64,000 nucleotides of DNA from an uncultured Phycisphaerales bacterium (GCA_903845195.1 CAIMWO010000019.1:56277-120276); one strand, 5' to 3'. Positions 9,602 to 19,860 are shown, numbered from the stretch's first letter. A program made the numbers and translations. The notes: generated from the letters alone by a model not told the origin.

Positions 9602-9841
9602 ATGGAATTAGCTACCCGTCTGTTCGTTCGATTCCTCGTCATGTGTCTTGCTGCCACACTTGTCGTTATAGGCATCGTCGCATTTTCGTCCGTACCCGGT
9701 GAACAAGGATTCGACAGTATGGCTTCCATGCTGATCGGAGTCCTTATGATTGCTGGAGGTGGCATAATCGCATTTGCTGCCTTCTTTCTGCGATGGGAAA
9801 AATTCAAGCAAGTTCTGAAAGCGTTGTTGAGTGGAATATGA
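9602..9841 (+). CDS. Small 2-TM membrane protein
   Basis: Two hydrophobic helices, lower GC. Confidence 0.55.
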   Translation: MELATRLFVRFLVMCLAATLVVIGIVAFSSVPGEQGFDSMASMLIGVLMIAGGGIIAFAAFFLRWEKFKQVLKALLSGI

Positions 9842-9892
9842 ATCCTGAACGAAACGCGCTGAAACGGGCATTGTCGCGGAATTCGGCACTTG

Positions 9893-9961
9893 TCATTCCG
9901 AACCCGCAAACCCCAGCGATTCATCCAGCCAATCGTCCGAGCGCAAAACCGATCGCCGTTG
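9893..9961 (-). repeat. Displaced duplicate of the secA 3' end (direct repeat of 11544-11612)
   Basis: Encodes QRRSVLRSDDWLDESLGFAGSE*, identical to the SecA C-terminus; 62/69 nt identical. Confidence 0.95.
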
Positions 9962-9978
9962 ATATCGCCCCAGTGAGT

Positions 9979-10986
9979 TCATTTCAACACGTGCATTTCC
10001 ACGGCGCGTATCGCCGATGCGAATCGGGTTTCCCAGTCCCCTGAAATCATCACGTATGGCAAGCCACGCTGGTCGAGTTGGTCGAGCATTCGTTGGCGCA
10101 TCAATGCGCGTTGCGCTGGTGCGCCGAGGTCGCGACTGGTGTCGGGTATCCAGGGAACGTCGATGTCGGTAAAGAGGTAAAGATGGACGAACTGGTGCAT
10201 ACGATCAGCCATTTCCGTGACATATGCGGGCGAGCGGCCGTAATACTGTTGGGAATAGATGAGGGTGGTAATGGCCTCGGTATCCATGAAGAGAATTCGG
10301 TGGGCTTGCCGGCGGAAACGGTCGTGATCGGCAAAATGACCGCGAGCGATTATCTCCATATCTGGGTACTCGCAATGCCGTTCACCGAGATAGTCACGTG
10401 CCCATTCGGGCTGCCAGATCGTGCCGAAGTGCCGGGCCAGTTGTTCGCAAAGCGTGGTCTTACCAGTAGATTCGGGGCCGTAGATGCAGACGGTTCTGAC
10501 GAAGTAAGCGCGCACCACCGGATCGAGATATTCCCAGCAGGCCAGCGGATTGGCGCGCACTTGAGTGGCGGATATCGGTACGGCGTTTCGGGCCTTGTCG
10601 ACCAGCACGTGGCTACAGCCCAGGTATTGCGCCATGACCTCGCCATAGTCTTCGCTGGTGAACAACGCTTCGGGGCTTTGGCCGTCGCACACTTCCCGCA
10701 ACGCCTGGGTCCAGAGGAGATAGAACTCGTCCGGCGTGGTGCATTCATGCGGGAAATACGGAAGTGTGCTGGGCTGCACGACGACGATGACATCGGGGTA
10801 GAGCTGGCGGATCCAAGCGGCACGGATTTCAGGCGAAATAGATTCGTCGAGACGGCTGCCCACGGCCACGTAAAGTTTGCTACAACGGCGGCGCGCGGTC
10901 TCAATGAGGAACTGATGACCCTTGGTCAGGGGATAGAACTTGCCAAGGACGAGGCCGGTTGCAAAGCGTTCAAGGTCTTGCGCCAC
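9979..10986 (-). CDS. nadR: NadR-like NMN adenylyltransferase / ribosylnicotinamide kinase
   Basis: GKFYPLTKGH (HIGH-like), FTSEDYG, ISATQVR, GPESTGKT; GTG start overlapping pnuC. Confidence 0.9.
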   Translation of the reverse strand: MAQDLERFATGLVLGKFYPLTKGHQFLIETARRRCSKLYVAVGSRLDESISPEIRAAWIRQLYPDVIVVVQPSTLPYFPHECTTPDEFYLLWTQALREVCDGQSPEALFTSEDYGEVMAQYLGCSHVLVDKARNAVPISATQVRANPLACWEYLDPVVRAYFVRTVCIYGPESTGKTTLCEQLARHFGTIWQPEWARDYLGERHCEYPDMEIIARGHFADHDRFRRQAHRILFMDTEAITTLIYSQQYYGRSPAYVTEMADRMHQFVHLYLFTDIDVPWIPDTSRDLGAPAQRALMRQRMLDQLDQRGLPYVMISGDWETRFASAIRAVEMHVLK

Positions 10987-11522
10987 GCGATGATCCCCAT
11001 GATGCACAGCACGGTAAATAATCCGTAAGTGCCCAGGGTAATCCACATTCCCAGGCACGCCAGCACGATAAGCGAAACGAGATCTGCGACGAAATAGACG
11101 CCCCAGGCCTCGTAGAGTTTGATGCACAGCATATACTCCGCGACGAGGCTGGCTACAGTGATGAGGCTGTCCCAAAATGGCGCGGGGTCTTCCGTGATAC
11201 GAAAGATCGGATAAAGAATAACCATGCCCAACACGCCCGCGATGATCAGAAATCCGGCCGTGCGTAGTTTCGTCTTGCCGATGCGAATCAATTTCATTCC
11301 CGAGCAGTGGTCGCGGCGGGTCCACATCCACCAGCCGTAAAGGCATTCGATGACGTAGAAGATCTGCAGGCCGACTTGGGCGTAGAGTTTCTGCTCCCAG
11401 AACACATTGAGGAGGGCGACCGAACCGAGAACGCCAATGGGCCAGTTGACGTCTTTCTCCCGCACAATCAAGTAGACGCATATCACATTAGTGATGAAGG
11501 CGACCCATTCCATCCAACTCAT
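10926..11522 (-). CDS. pnuC: Nicotinamide riboside transporter PnuC
   Basis: NWPIG, YGWWMW and PFWDSLIT motifs; hydrophobic; adjacent to nadR. Confidence 0.9.
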   Translation of the reverse strand: MSWMEWVAFITNVICVYLIVREKDVNWPIGVLGSVALLNVFWEQKLYAQVGLQIFYVIECLYGWWMWTRRDHCSGMKLIRIGKTKLRTAGFLIIAGVLGMVILYPIFRITEDPAPFWDSLITVASLVAEYMLCIKLYEAWGVYFVADLVSLIVLACLGMWITLGTYGLFTVLCIMGIIAWRKTLNALQPASSLASSIP

Positions 11523-11543
11523 GTTGTGTGTTCCAGATAAAAG

Positions 11544-13607
11544 TTATTCTGAACCCGCAAACCCCAGCGATTCATCCAGCCAATCATCGGATCGCAAAAC
11601 CGAACGCCGCTGCTGCAGCGCGATGCGCTGCGCCCGCTTCTGCGCCCGCACAATCGCCCGCCCCGCCAGCTTGGCGACCATCCCCGTCAGCGGCGCCTTC
11701 GTACTGCCCGCAAGTCTTCGCAGCAGCCGCACCATCCGCGGCGTATACCGGGCCATCAGCTCGTCTTCCAGAGACACCATCGCCACCGCACTGCCCGGAT
11801 CGCCCTGCCGTGCCGCACGCCCGAACAACTGCCGGTCGACCCGCCGCGATTCATGCCGCTCCGTCGCCAGCACGAACAATCCCCCCAGATCCGTCACTCC
11901 GCGCGCCAGCTTGATGTCTGTGCCGCGCCCCGCCATGTTCGTCGCCACCGTAATCCGCCGCAGCGACCCCGCCCCCGCCACAATCTGCGCCTCCTCCTTA
12001 TGCCGCACCGCATTCAACACCTGGTGCGTCAGCGCCGTCGGCAACCCCGCCAGCATTTCCGAAAGCCGCTCCGAATTTCCCACCGAACGCGTCCCCACCA
12101 ATATCGGCTGATCCTTATCGTGCAGCGCCACGATCTGCCGCGTGATCGCCACCCACTTCGCATCTTCGCTCGCAAAAATCTGATCGGGCAGCTGCCTGCG
12201 AATGCACGGCTTGTGCGTCGGAATCACCACCACCGGCAAATGATAGATCTGCCACAGCTCGCGCGTCGCCTCCCGCGCCGTCCCCGTCATCCCGCACAGC
12301 CTCTTATAACTGCGGAAAAATCGCTGAAAGCTGATCCGCGCAAACGTATCCTTCGGCGGATTCACCTTCAGACTTTCCTTCGCCTCGATCGCCTGGTGCA
12401 GCCCCTCGCGCCACGTGCGGTCCGGCATCAACCGCCCCGTGAATTCGTCGACGATCACCACCTTCGGATCGCCCGACTCCTCATCCGCCGCCACCACATA
12501 CTGCTTGCCCAACCGGTAAAACTCCCGCGCGGTCAGCGCCTGCGTCACCAGCTCCTCCGCACGCCGCGCCCCATGCCAGATCCCCCCCAGCGGCTCCCCC
12601 GCCTCCATCACCTGCGAAAACCCCTCATCCGTCAGTTCGATCTCGCGAAAGCGCGCATTCACCTTGAAATGCTTCTGCGGCATCAGCGTCGACGCAATCT
12701 TCGCCGCCTCCTGAAACGCCTCGATCTGCTCTTCGTTGGGCGCATCGCCCGAAATAATCAGCGGCGTCACCGCTTCATCGATCAAAATCGAATCAGCCTC
12801 GTCGATAATCGCAAACGCCAGCCCGCGCTGCACCAGCCGGTCCGTCCCCTGCCCATACAACACCTTGGCCAGAATTGCCGAAGGAAGATTCCGCATGTGA
12901 CCCAGCGCCAGCCGATCGCGCAGAAAATCGGCACACACTTCCTTGTTGGTGCAATACGTGATGTCGCAGTGATACGCATGCCGCCGCTGGGCCGGCTCCG
13001 ACTCGCCATTAAGCGAATCCACCGTCAGCCCGCAAAACTCGTAGATGGGCCGCATGAGATTGGCGTCGCGCTGGGCCAGGTAATCGTTGACCGTAATGAT
13101 GTGGCAACCCTTGCCGCGCCACCCCGCCAGCACCGCCGGAATCGTCGCCGTCAGCGTCTTGCCCTCGCCCGTCGCCATCTCCGCGACGCACCCGTGATAC
13201 AGCGCCAGCGCCCCAGCCACCTGCACCCGGTAATGCTTTTCCGACCGCTTCCGCGCCGCCACCTCGCGCACCAGCGCCGCCGCCCGCAGCACGTCCTCCG
13301 CCGTCTCCTTGCCCGTGCGAAACTTCGCGCGAAACTCCAGCGCCGCCTCATGCAGCGCCGGCTCCGTCAACTCCGCAAAAAACTTGTCATACGCCAGCAC
13401 CTGATCCGCCATCCGCAGATACCGCGCCGTCGAATGCTTCAGCCGGAACAAATACCCCCGCGCCGCATCAAACAGCGCATCAAAATCCTGCGGCAACGGC
13501 GAAGTCGGCGCCCGATGCGCCAACATCTGCCAAGTAGCCGACGGCACCACATCCACCGGCAAAGCCGGCGCCGGAGCCTGATCAGAAATGGTAGTGTTCA
13601 ATGCCAT
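11544..13607 (-). CDS. secA: Short accessory SecA-like ATPase (lacks the C-terminal wing/scaffold region)
   Basis: EMATGEGKT, VNDYLA, DEADSILIDEA, GMTGTA, ATNMAGRGTDI, QLFGRAARQGDPG; only 687 aa. Confidence 0.9.
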   Translation of the reverse strand: MALNTTISDQAPAPALPVDVVPSATWQMLAHRAPTSPLPQDFDALFDAARGYLFRLKHSTARYLRMADQVLAYDKFFAELTEPALHEAALEFRAKFRTGKETAEDVLRAAALVREVAARKRSEKHYRVQVAGALALYHGCVAEMATGEGKTLTATIPAVLAGWRGKGCHIITVNDYLAQRDANLMRPIYEFCGLTVDSLNGESEPAQRRHAYHCDITYCTNKEVCADFLRDRLALGHMRNLPSAILAKVLYGQGTDRLVQRGLAFAIIDEADSILIDEAVTPLIISGDAPNEEQIEAFQEAAKIASTLMPQKHFKVNARFREIELTDEGFSQVMEAGEPLGGIWHGARRAEELVTQALTAREFYRLGKQYVVAADEESGDPKVVIVDEFTGRLMPDRTWREGLHQAIEAKESLKVNPPKDTFARISFQRFFRSYKRLCGMTGTAREATRELWQIYHLPVVVIPTHKPCIRRQLPDQIFASEDAKWVAITRQIVALHDKDQPILVGTRSVGNSERLSEMLAGLPTALTHQVLNAVRHKEEAQIVAGAGSLRRITVATNMAGRGTDIKLARGVTDLGGLFVLATERHESRRVDRQLFGRAARQGDPGSAVAMVSLEDELMARYTPRMVRLLRRLAGSTKAPLTGMVAKLAGRAIVRAQKRAQRIALQQRRSVLRSDDWLDESLGFAGSE

Positions 13608-13682
13608 AGGAATGTTTCACGTTTCAAGAGTACAACAACTCCGTTGATGTTAACACCAACAAACCCACGAAGGATGACAACT

Positions 13683-14408
13683 TCACGCAAAGCGACACGT
13701 GGTGATTATCTTTCCGCACGGCGATTGTGGGCAAGGAACGCTCAGGATGACGGATTTCGTCACAGGCGTTACAAGTCCAGACCATCTGGCTGGTTTATGA
13801 TAGCTCCTGACGCCATTGGTGACTGAATCAGGCAACTGCGAAGCCTTGAGCACATCGGACCGAATTCGCGAGTATTCGCTTGCAACCTTGGTAAGTTCTT
13901 CAGAATCAACATCGCGCGGATTCCTCACCCAGACCGTCTTTCCTAATTCGCGTGTAACCAACCGAATGGGTTCCGCAAGATCCGAGTCGCCCGATACGAC
14001 GATCGCCCGGTCATATTTGCCCAGATGTGCGTCATTGAGCAATCGCGCCGCCAGGTTGACATCCGACCCCTTCTCCGTACGCACCCATACGCTCACCGCG
14101 CACGAAGGCGAATTGGCACATCCAACCAGAGGCTGATATTTCTTGTGACGAGCGAACTGCCCCTTGATTATCTCCACGGTGGGACAGGCGATGGCCAGAG
14201 CACGATGATAAACATCCTGCCGCTGTGCTTTTTGGGGATCGGAGGGTGTACTGGAAACCATCGCGGTGCAGTAAATGACCTTCTCAACCGGCAGTCCCAG
14301 ATTCAGCCGTTCCGCGAATTTTGCTAGGTCGAGCCAGTGAAGGCGGTGAGGCCTGATAATGCCGTGATACAGATTAAAACCATCGATGTAAACCCGTGTT
14401 GCCGGCAT
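13683..14408 (-). CDS. NYN domain (PIN-like) nuclease
   Basis: YIDGFNLY, EKGSDVNLA and VSGDSDL motifs. Confidence 0.9.
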   Translation of the reverse strand: MPATRVYIDGFNLYHGIIRPHRLHWLDLAKFAERLNLGLPVEKVIYCTAMVSSTPSDPQKAQRQDVYHRALAIACPTVEIIKGQFARHKKYQPLVGCANSPSCAVSVWVRTEKGSDVNLAARLLNDAHLGKYDRAIVVSGDSDLAEPIRLVTRELGKTVWVRNPRDVDSEELTKVASEYSRIRSDVLKASQLPDSVTNGVRSYHKPARWSGLVTPVTKSVILSVPCPQSPCGKIITTCRFA

Positions 14409-14518
14409 AAATTCCCTTTCAGTACCCGTGCTTGAGAAACCGAAGTAGTATGTATATTATAATTCCCTATATGGGCTTCTAATAAGTAAGCCACGCTTGC
14501 GTCTCTGACGCAAGTTTC

Positions 14519-14551
14519 GAACCGCCGCCGAAAGACGGCGGTTCTTTTTTT
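14519..14551 (+). terminator. Intrinsic terminator on the + strand
   Basis: gaaccgccg/cggcggttc stem followed by 7 T. Confidence 0.7.
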
Positions 14552-14563
14552 CCCATTACACGT

Positions 14564-16885
14564 CTACCCATTCTGCAGCTTGCGATGAAAAATCTGCAGC
14601 AGCTTCGTCCACGCCTGCATCACCAGCGGCTTATTCTGAAAATCAAACCGCACCACCACCGTCTGCCCCGGCAATAGCGGCAGCGGCCGATCCGCCAGTG
14701 CGGTATTCGCCAAATCTGTCGGCGAGTAAAGAACCTTCAGCCGATCGATGCGCACCTCGAAAAAATGCTCCGTCGTCTTCGTCCCTTCGCGATCCTCACC
14801 CGTCGTCGCCAAATCCCCGCCCACCGCATACCCCAGCGCTGCCGACGGAAGCTTCTGCGAACCTGCCGGAAAAATCGCCGCAATATGACCCGACAATAAA
14901 ATGTCCGGACGCCCGCGCACCCGAATCTCCACCTGCCGATCCGCCTCGTTCGCCAGCAACCCCGCTTCATCATTGGCCACCGCCGCCCGCACCAGCAGAT
15001 GATCCAGCCCCGCCACCAGCCCCACCTTTTCATACCGCTGCAAATACGCGAACCGCCGCGACTCCAGATCCGGCGCCACCACCGTCCCCGCAATCGCCGA
15101 CCGCATCGTCAGCAGCGCCATCCGCTGATCCGCATTCCGTAATTGCTCATCCACCGTCGCAATCTGATCCTTCACCAACTGCGAACTGCTCTGCTGCCCC
15201 CGGTTCGCCCCCCCCGCCCCCCCGCCCGCCGCCGCTCCACTCGCCCGGTTCACTTCCTCAGCAAACAGCAAATCGTATTGCCGGCTCAACCGCGCCCGCT
15301 CGGCCACCAGCTCCTTCCGCTCCGCCTCCAACTGCGGACTCTGCGCCACCACCAGCGGCGTACTGGCCACTGCCAGCGGCATATTGAAACGATCCCGCGG
15401 CAACCCGTCATCCAAATGCCGCACGAATCCCTCCACCTCCACAAACAATTCCTGCAATTCCACCGGCTCCACCACCCCCTGCGCCCGCCCATGCGCCGGC
15501 GCCGGAATAATCCCCACCCCGAAAATCGCCGCCGCCGCAAACACCGCCGTCGTCGCCTGCGCCCGCCCGCGATTCCGCGCCAGCTCCGGCGAACTCACCA
15601 AATACCGCAAAAATTTCCCCAGCGGATACAACACCCACCCCACCACCGCCGCCACCGCCATCACCGTCGCCAGCAGCACCAACATCCCGTTCAGCGTCGT
15701 GATCAGGTAAATCATGATGCTCACCGAAACCACCACCCGCATAATGAACGACGCCACGGCATACGCAAAAAACCACGCCTGCTCCGAACGGCTGAACGCT
15801 GGATTCCGCGTCTGCTTCAACCCCCACACGTACCGCTTCACCAGGTAATACACATACTCTTTCGATCGCTGGCCGAGATTCGGAATCTCCAGCAAATCCG
15901 AAAGTATGTAGTACCCGTCATAACGCAACAGCGGATTGGCATTGAACACCAGCGTCGAAAAACTCGCGATGAACATCACGTTGTACGTAAAACTGTGCAG
16001 CCAGTGCCCCTCCGGCGTATTCGCCCACACCATCCCCGCCACCGCCGCTATCGCAAACTCCACCCACATCCCTGCCGCCCCCACCATCGCCCGATGCCAT
16101 TTGTTCCGCAACGCCCACGAACTCGACGCATCCACATACGGTATCGGCGTGAAAATCATCAGCATCAATCCGATGACATGCACCTCGCCCCCCGTCCCCG
16201 ACTGCACGCCGAATTTCTTGCACGAAATGGCATGCCCCATCTCATGACACGCCTTGATGCACGCAAACGCTACATACAAGTACGCCAGATTCTCCGGATT
16301 CAAAATCCCCCGCGCGCCACCCGCAACTTTGTCCTGCCAGTCCGTAACGTGCGCTATCATATAAAACGCCGTCCCCACCAGCCCCAGCCACACCACCAAC
16401 CCCACCGGCGAAAAGATCCACCCCAACGCCCCCAGCCACCGATTCAGAAACGCATCCGGATCCACCAGCGGCAACCGCGCAAAAAGAATGTTCATCAAAT
16501 AACTGGTGATCTCCCGCTGCTTCCGCTTCTTGTACCGCGCAAATAACGCATGCGTGTCCGGCGTCGTGTCCGCCTGCAACAGGTTCGACGTGTACAACTG
16601 CCCCAAAAGCTGGATCACCTCGCCCTGCGTCGGCGCTTCGTCACCCAACTCGCCGCAGACAATCTTCCACGCCTCCGCCACCGTGCGCTTCCCGTCCAGC
16701 ACGCCGATGAACGCGTACGCCGGCTCCGCCAGGCGAAAAAACGCATTGTTCGTGTGATCCTGCACCACGTGCCACGACTGCCCGCGAAAATGCTGCCGCG
16801 TCACCTGCACCGTGGACCGCAACCGCGGCCGCAACTCCGCCACGCGATACCACGACTCATGAAATGTCGGCCGCTCCACACCCAT
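14564..16885 (-). CDS. Site-2 protease (M50) with N-terminal PqqD-like and C-terminal HlyD-like regions
   Basis: HEMGH and NANPLLRYDGYY motifs, TM core, coiled coil plus adaptor-like C-terminus; start at MGVERPTFHESW. Confidence 0.85.
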   Translation of the reverse strand: MGVERPTFHESWYRVAELRPRLRSTVQVTRQHFRGQSWHVVQDHTNNAFFRLAEPAYAFIGVLDGKRTVAEAWKIVCGELGDEAPTQGEVIQLLGQLYTSNLLQADTTPDTHALFARYKKRKQREITSYLMNILFARLPLVDPDAFLNRWLGALGWIFSPVGLVVWLGLVGTAFYMIAHVTDWQDKVAGGARGILNPENLAYLYVAFACIKACHEMGHAISCKKFGVQSGTGGEVHVIGLMLMIFTPIPYVDASSSWALRNKWHRAMVGAAGMWVEFAIAAVAGMVWANTPEGHWLHSFTYNVMFIASFSTLVFNANPLLRYDGYYILSDLLEIPNLGQRSKEYVYYLVKRYVWGLKQTRNPAFSRSEQAWFFAYAVASFIMRVVVSVSIMIYLITTLNGMLVLLATVMAVAAVVGWVLYPLGKFLRYLVSSPELARNRGRAQATTAVFAAAAIFGVGIIPAPAHGRAQGVVEPVELQELFVEVEGFVRHLDDGLPRDRFNMPLAVASTPLVVAQSPQLEAERKELVAERARLSRQYDLLFAEEVNRASGAAAGGGAGGANRGQQSSSQLVKDQIATVDEQLRNADQRMALLTMRSAIAGTVVAPDLESRRFAYLQRYEKVGLVAGLDHLLVRAAVANDEAGLLANEADRQVEIRVRGRPDILLSGHIAAIFPAGSQKLPSAALGYAVGGDLATTGEDREGTKTTEHFFEVRIDRLKVLYSPTDLANTALADRPLPLLPGQTVVVRFDFQNKPLVMQAWTKLLQIFHRKLQNG

Positions 16886-17101
16886 AAGAAGTCTCCCAAG
16901 TTGAACCCCCCAGAGTGTACCCGAATCCCTCCACCCACAAACAGCGCCCCAACCCCCAACCCCCAACCCTCACCCCTCACCCCTCACCCCTCACCCCTCA
17001 AGACTCAAGACTCAAGACTCCCCCGCTCCCATTGGCAATCCCCCACCCGCGCGGTACAAAACCCACCTGACCGGCAACACCGCACCCACCGAGGAACCCC
17101 C

Positions 17102-17626
17102 ATGGGCCCGCGCAGCAAAAAAGTCATCCACTACGAAGCCGCGTTCGAAGATTACCTCCGCCAGAAAGGCCTCCCCTACATCGCCGTCGATGAAGCCAAG
17201 AAAGCCCTCTTCGCCGGCGCCAAACTGAAATCCTTCGACTTCGTGGTCTACCGCCCCACCGGCAAAAACCTCCTCGTCGACGTCAAAGGCCGCAAACTCT
17301 CCCCCGCCAGGAACGGCAAAGGCGGCGCCACCGCCCTCCAAAACTGGACCACCCGCGAAGACATCGACGACCTCCGCCAATGGCAGGAAATCTTCGGCGA
17401 CGGCTTCTCCGCCATCTTCCTCTTCATGTTCCACTGGCCCGCCCGCCCCGAAGAATCCCCCTTCCCCGACCTCTTCGCCTTTCAAGACAAGTGGTATGCG
17501 ATGCAAGCCATCTCCATCGCCGACTACCGCACCCACATGAAACCCCGCTCCGCCGCCTGGGGCACCGTCCACCTCCCCATGGCAGATTTTCGAAGATTGG
17601 CCAAACCGTTTGAAGAATGGTTGTAG
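17102..17626 (+). CDS. HYExAFE family protein (PD-(D/E)XK-like)
   Basis: HYEAAFE, KSFDFVV, LLVDVKGR. Confidence 0.85.
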   Translation: MGPRSKKVIHYEAAFEDYLRQKGLPYIAVDEAKKALFAGAKLKSFDFVVYRPTGKNLLVDVKGRKLSPARNGKGGATALQNWTTREDIDDLRQWQEIFGDGFSAIFLFMFHWPARPEESPFPDLFAFQDKWYAMQAISIADYRTHMKPRSAAWGTVHLPMADFRRLAKPFEEWL

Positions 17627-17674
17627 CGTTATGGTACGACGCTTATCTTGGCCTATTGGCCATTGGGAGGAGAT

Positions 17675-18499
17675 GTGGTAACACGTAACAAAAATGAGGG
17701 GGAACACTCGCCGCCTCGAGAGGTCGTTGAAGCATGCGCGATCTTGCTCGACAGGGCGGCAGATGCCGAATCACTCTCCAATGACGACAAAGAGGGGGTG
17801 TACGAGGGGGTAATTGCAGAAGCTCGCACGCTACCGCCAACCCACATACTCGCTGCCGTTGATGCCGCAGTAAGGGCGAGAAAAAGGCGGAAACACTACA
17901 CGCTGCTGATTCTTGGCTCGTTTGCGGATTTTCCGGACGTGACTGAGCGGCTGCGGGAAACCCTGTCATCGTCTGACGAACAGCAGAGAGCAGATGCACT
18001 CCAGTTGATTGGCATCCACCGCCTCCGCACGCTCGCACCCCTCCTCGCGCCCGTCATATTAAGCGACACGAACCAATTCTGTCGCATGTCCGCCATCCAC
18101 GCTGCAGGCATATTGCATGATCCAGTGAATCTGCCAGCGATTCTCGAAGTAGCCCAACAACCCTCTTCCGACCTCGATTGGTCAATCGTATGGGCTTTAA
18201 AGCAGTTTGCCACCCCCGAGTGCGAACCATTCCTCCGCCTATATTATGATGCCGAGCGGGAGAAATCACACCGTATTGTCGCGGCTTGGGGTCTCTCCAA
18301 GTTGGGTGATACCAATGCACATTCCTACCTTATCGCCATGTTGGACGACCCAGTTGTGCATCTCCCGCATATGCATGATCCGGGGCAATCACTGCGGGCA
18401 GCGCAGGCGATATGTGATATCCACGGATGGCCGTTCAAGTGGGACCGCGACTATGTGGCCGCAACAAAGAAACGAATTAAACGAGCTGGATTGTTTTGA
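17675..18499 (+). CDS. HEAT-repeat protein
   Basis: Repeated helical RxxAxxxLG units; start uncertain. Confidence 0.65.
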   Translation: MVTRNKNEGEHSPPREVVEACAILLDRAADAESLSNDDKEGVYEGVIAEARTLPPTHILAAVDAAVRARKRRKHYTLLILGSFADFPDVTERLRETLSSSDEQQRADALQLIGIHRLRTLAPLLAPVILSDTNQFCRMSAIHAAGILHDPVNLPAILEVAQQPSSDLDWSIVWALKQFATPECEPFLRLYYDAEREKSHRIVAAWGLSKLGDTNAHSYLIAMLDDPVVHLPHMHDPGQSLRAAQAICDIHGWPFKWDRDYVAATKKRIKRAGLF

Positions 18500-18632
18500 A
18501 CTTCTCGCTGTCTTGAGTACTCCGGTAACTATGTAATGAAAACAGCCCGCCCCAGGCGGGCCGCCAACAAAGACCCCCCTTGGTGCCTTGGTGTCTTGGT
18601 GGTGAAAACTCCCCCCGCCTCGCGCGCAAAAA

Positions 18633-19619
18633 TCACGCACTCGTCACCGCATCCGTCCCCAGCTTCCGTATCCGCTCATACCGCTGATCCACCAGCTTCT
18701 CCACCGGCACACGCTTCAACTCGCGCAGCGTCTTATCGATATACTTCTCCACCCCATCCGCCGCCGCACGCGGGTTCCGATGCGCGGCCCCCAGCGGCTC
18801 CTCGATAATCTCATCGATGATCCCCATCGACTTCAAATACTTGCTCGTCAACTTCAGCGCCTCGGCCGCATCCGCCGTGTTCTCCCCGCCCTTCCACAAA
18901 ATCCCGCTGCACCCTTCCGGCGAAATCACGCTGTACCACGCGTACTGCATCATCGCCAGCCGATCGCCCACGCCGATGCCCAGCGCCCCGCCGCTGCCCC
19001 CCTCGCCGATCACAATGCACACGATCGGCACCCGCAACCGCGACATCTCGCGCAGATTCACCGCGATCGCCTCGGCCACCCCGCGCTCCTCCGAACCGAT
19101 CCCCGGATACGCCCCCGGCGTATCGATGAACGTCACCACCGGCAGCCCGAACTTCTCCGCAAACTGCATCTTCAGCAGCGCCTTGCGATACCCCTCCGGA
19201 TGCGCACACCCAAAATTGCACGCGATCTTTTCCTTCGTGTCCCGCCCCTTGTGATGCCCGATGATCATGCACTTGTGCCCGCTGATCCGCCCCATCCCCG
19301 TCACCATCGTCTTGTCATCCCCGAATTTCCGGTCCCCATGCACCTCGTCAAAATCCTTGACGATCATGTCGATGTAATCCCGCGTCTGCGGCCGCGCCGG
19401 ATGCCGCGCCACCTGCACCGTCTCCCACGCCGTCAGGCCCTGGTACGTCTTGCGCAGCATCGCCGTCAGACTCTGCCGCAGCGCATTGATCTCCGCCGAA
19501 TAATCCGTCCCCTTCGTCTCCTGCAGCGTCACCAGATCCCCGATCTGCCGCTCCATCTGCAGGATCGGTTTCTCAAATTCCAGCGTAAACGCCGTCGAAG
19601 TACTCGCCTGCTTGGCCAT
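18633..19619 (-). CDS. accA: Acetyl-CoA carboxylase carboxyltransferase alpha subunit
   Basis: LEFEKPI, ARHPARP, PEGYRKA, DTPGAYPG, GEGGSGGA. Confidence 0.97.
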   Translation of the reverse strand: MAKQASTSTAFTLEFEKPILQMERQIGDLVTLQETKGTDYSAEINALRQSLTAMLRKTYQGLTAWETVQVARHPARPQTRDYIDMIVKDFDEVHGDRKFGDDKTMVTGMGRISGHKCMIIGHHKGRDTKEKIACNFGCAHPEGYRKALLKMQFAEKFGLPVVTFIDTPGAYPGIGSEERGVAEAIAVNLREMSRLRVPIVCIVIGEGGSGGALGIGVGDRLAMMQYAWYSVISPEGCSGILWKGGENTADAAEALKLTSKYLKSMGIIDEIIEEPLGAAHRNPRAAADGVEKYIDKTLRELKRVPVEKLVDQRYERIRKLGTDAVTSA

Positions 19620-19860
19620 GGCAAACTCCCTAAACACGAACACCGCCTCCTGCAGCGGTGCGGCGATTGTATCAGAACCTGCCCCCAGCCTGAACGGCAC
19701 CGCCCCAACAACCGCTATCTCACACCCCCTCCGCGTCCCGTTTGAAAACTGAAAATTGAAAATTCGCCCCCACGCCGCCTTGGTCGTAAGCGAGCGGCCA
19801 ATCCCTCACCCCCTCTCGACCTCCACTTCCTCTTGGTCCCCTTGCCAATTGCATCGCGCC

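Noticed and set aside
10987-11481. N-terminal extension of NadR (500-aa ORF)
   Set aside because: Overlaps pnuC in another frame and has no HTH-like sequence; true start is near 10986
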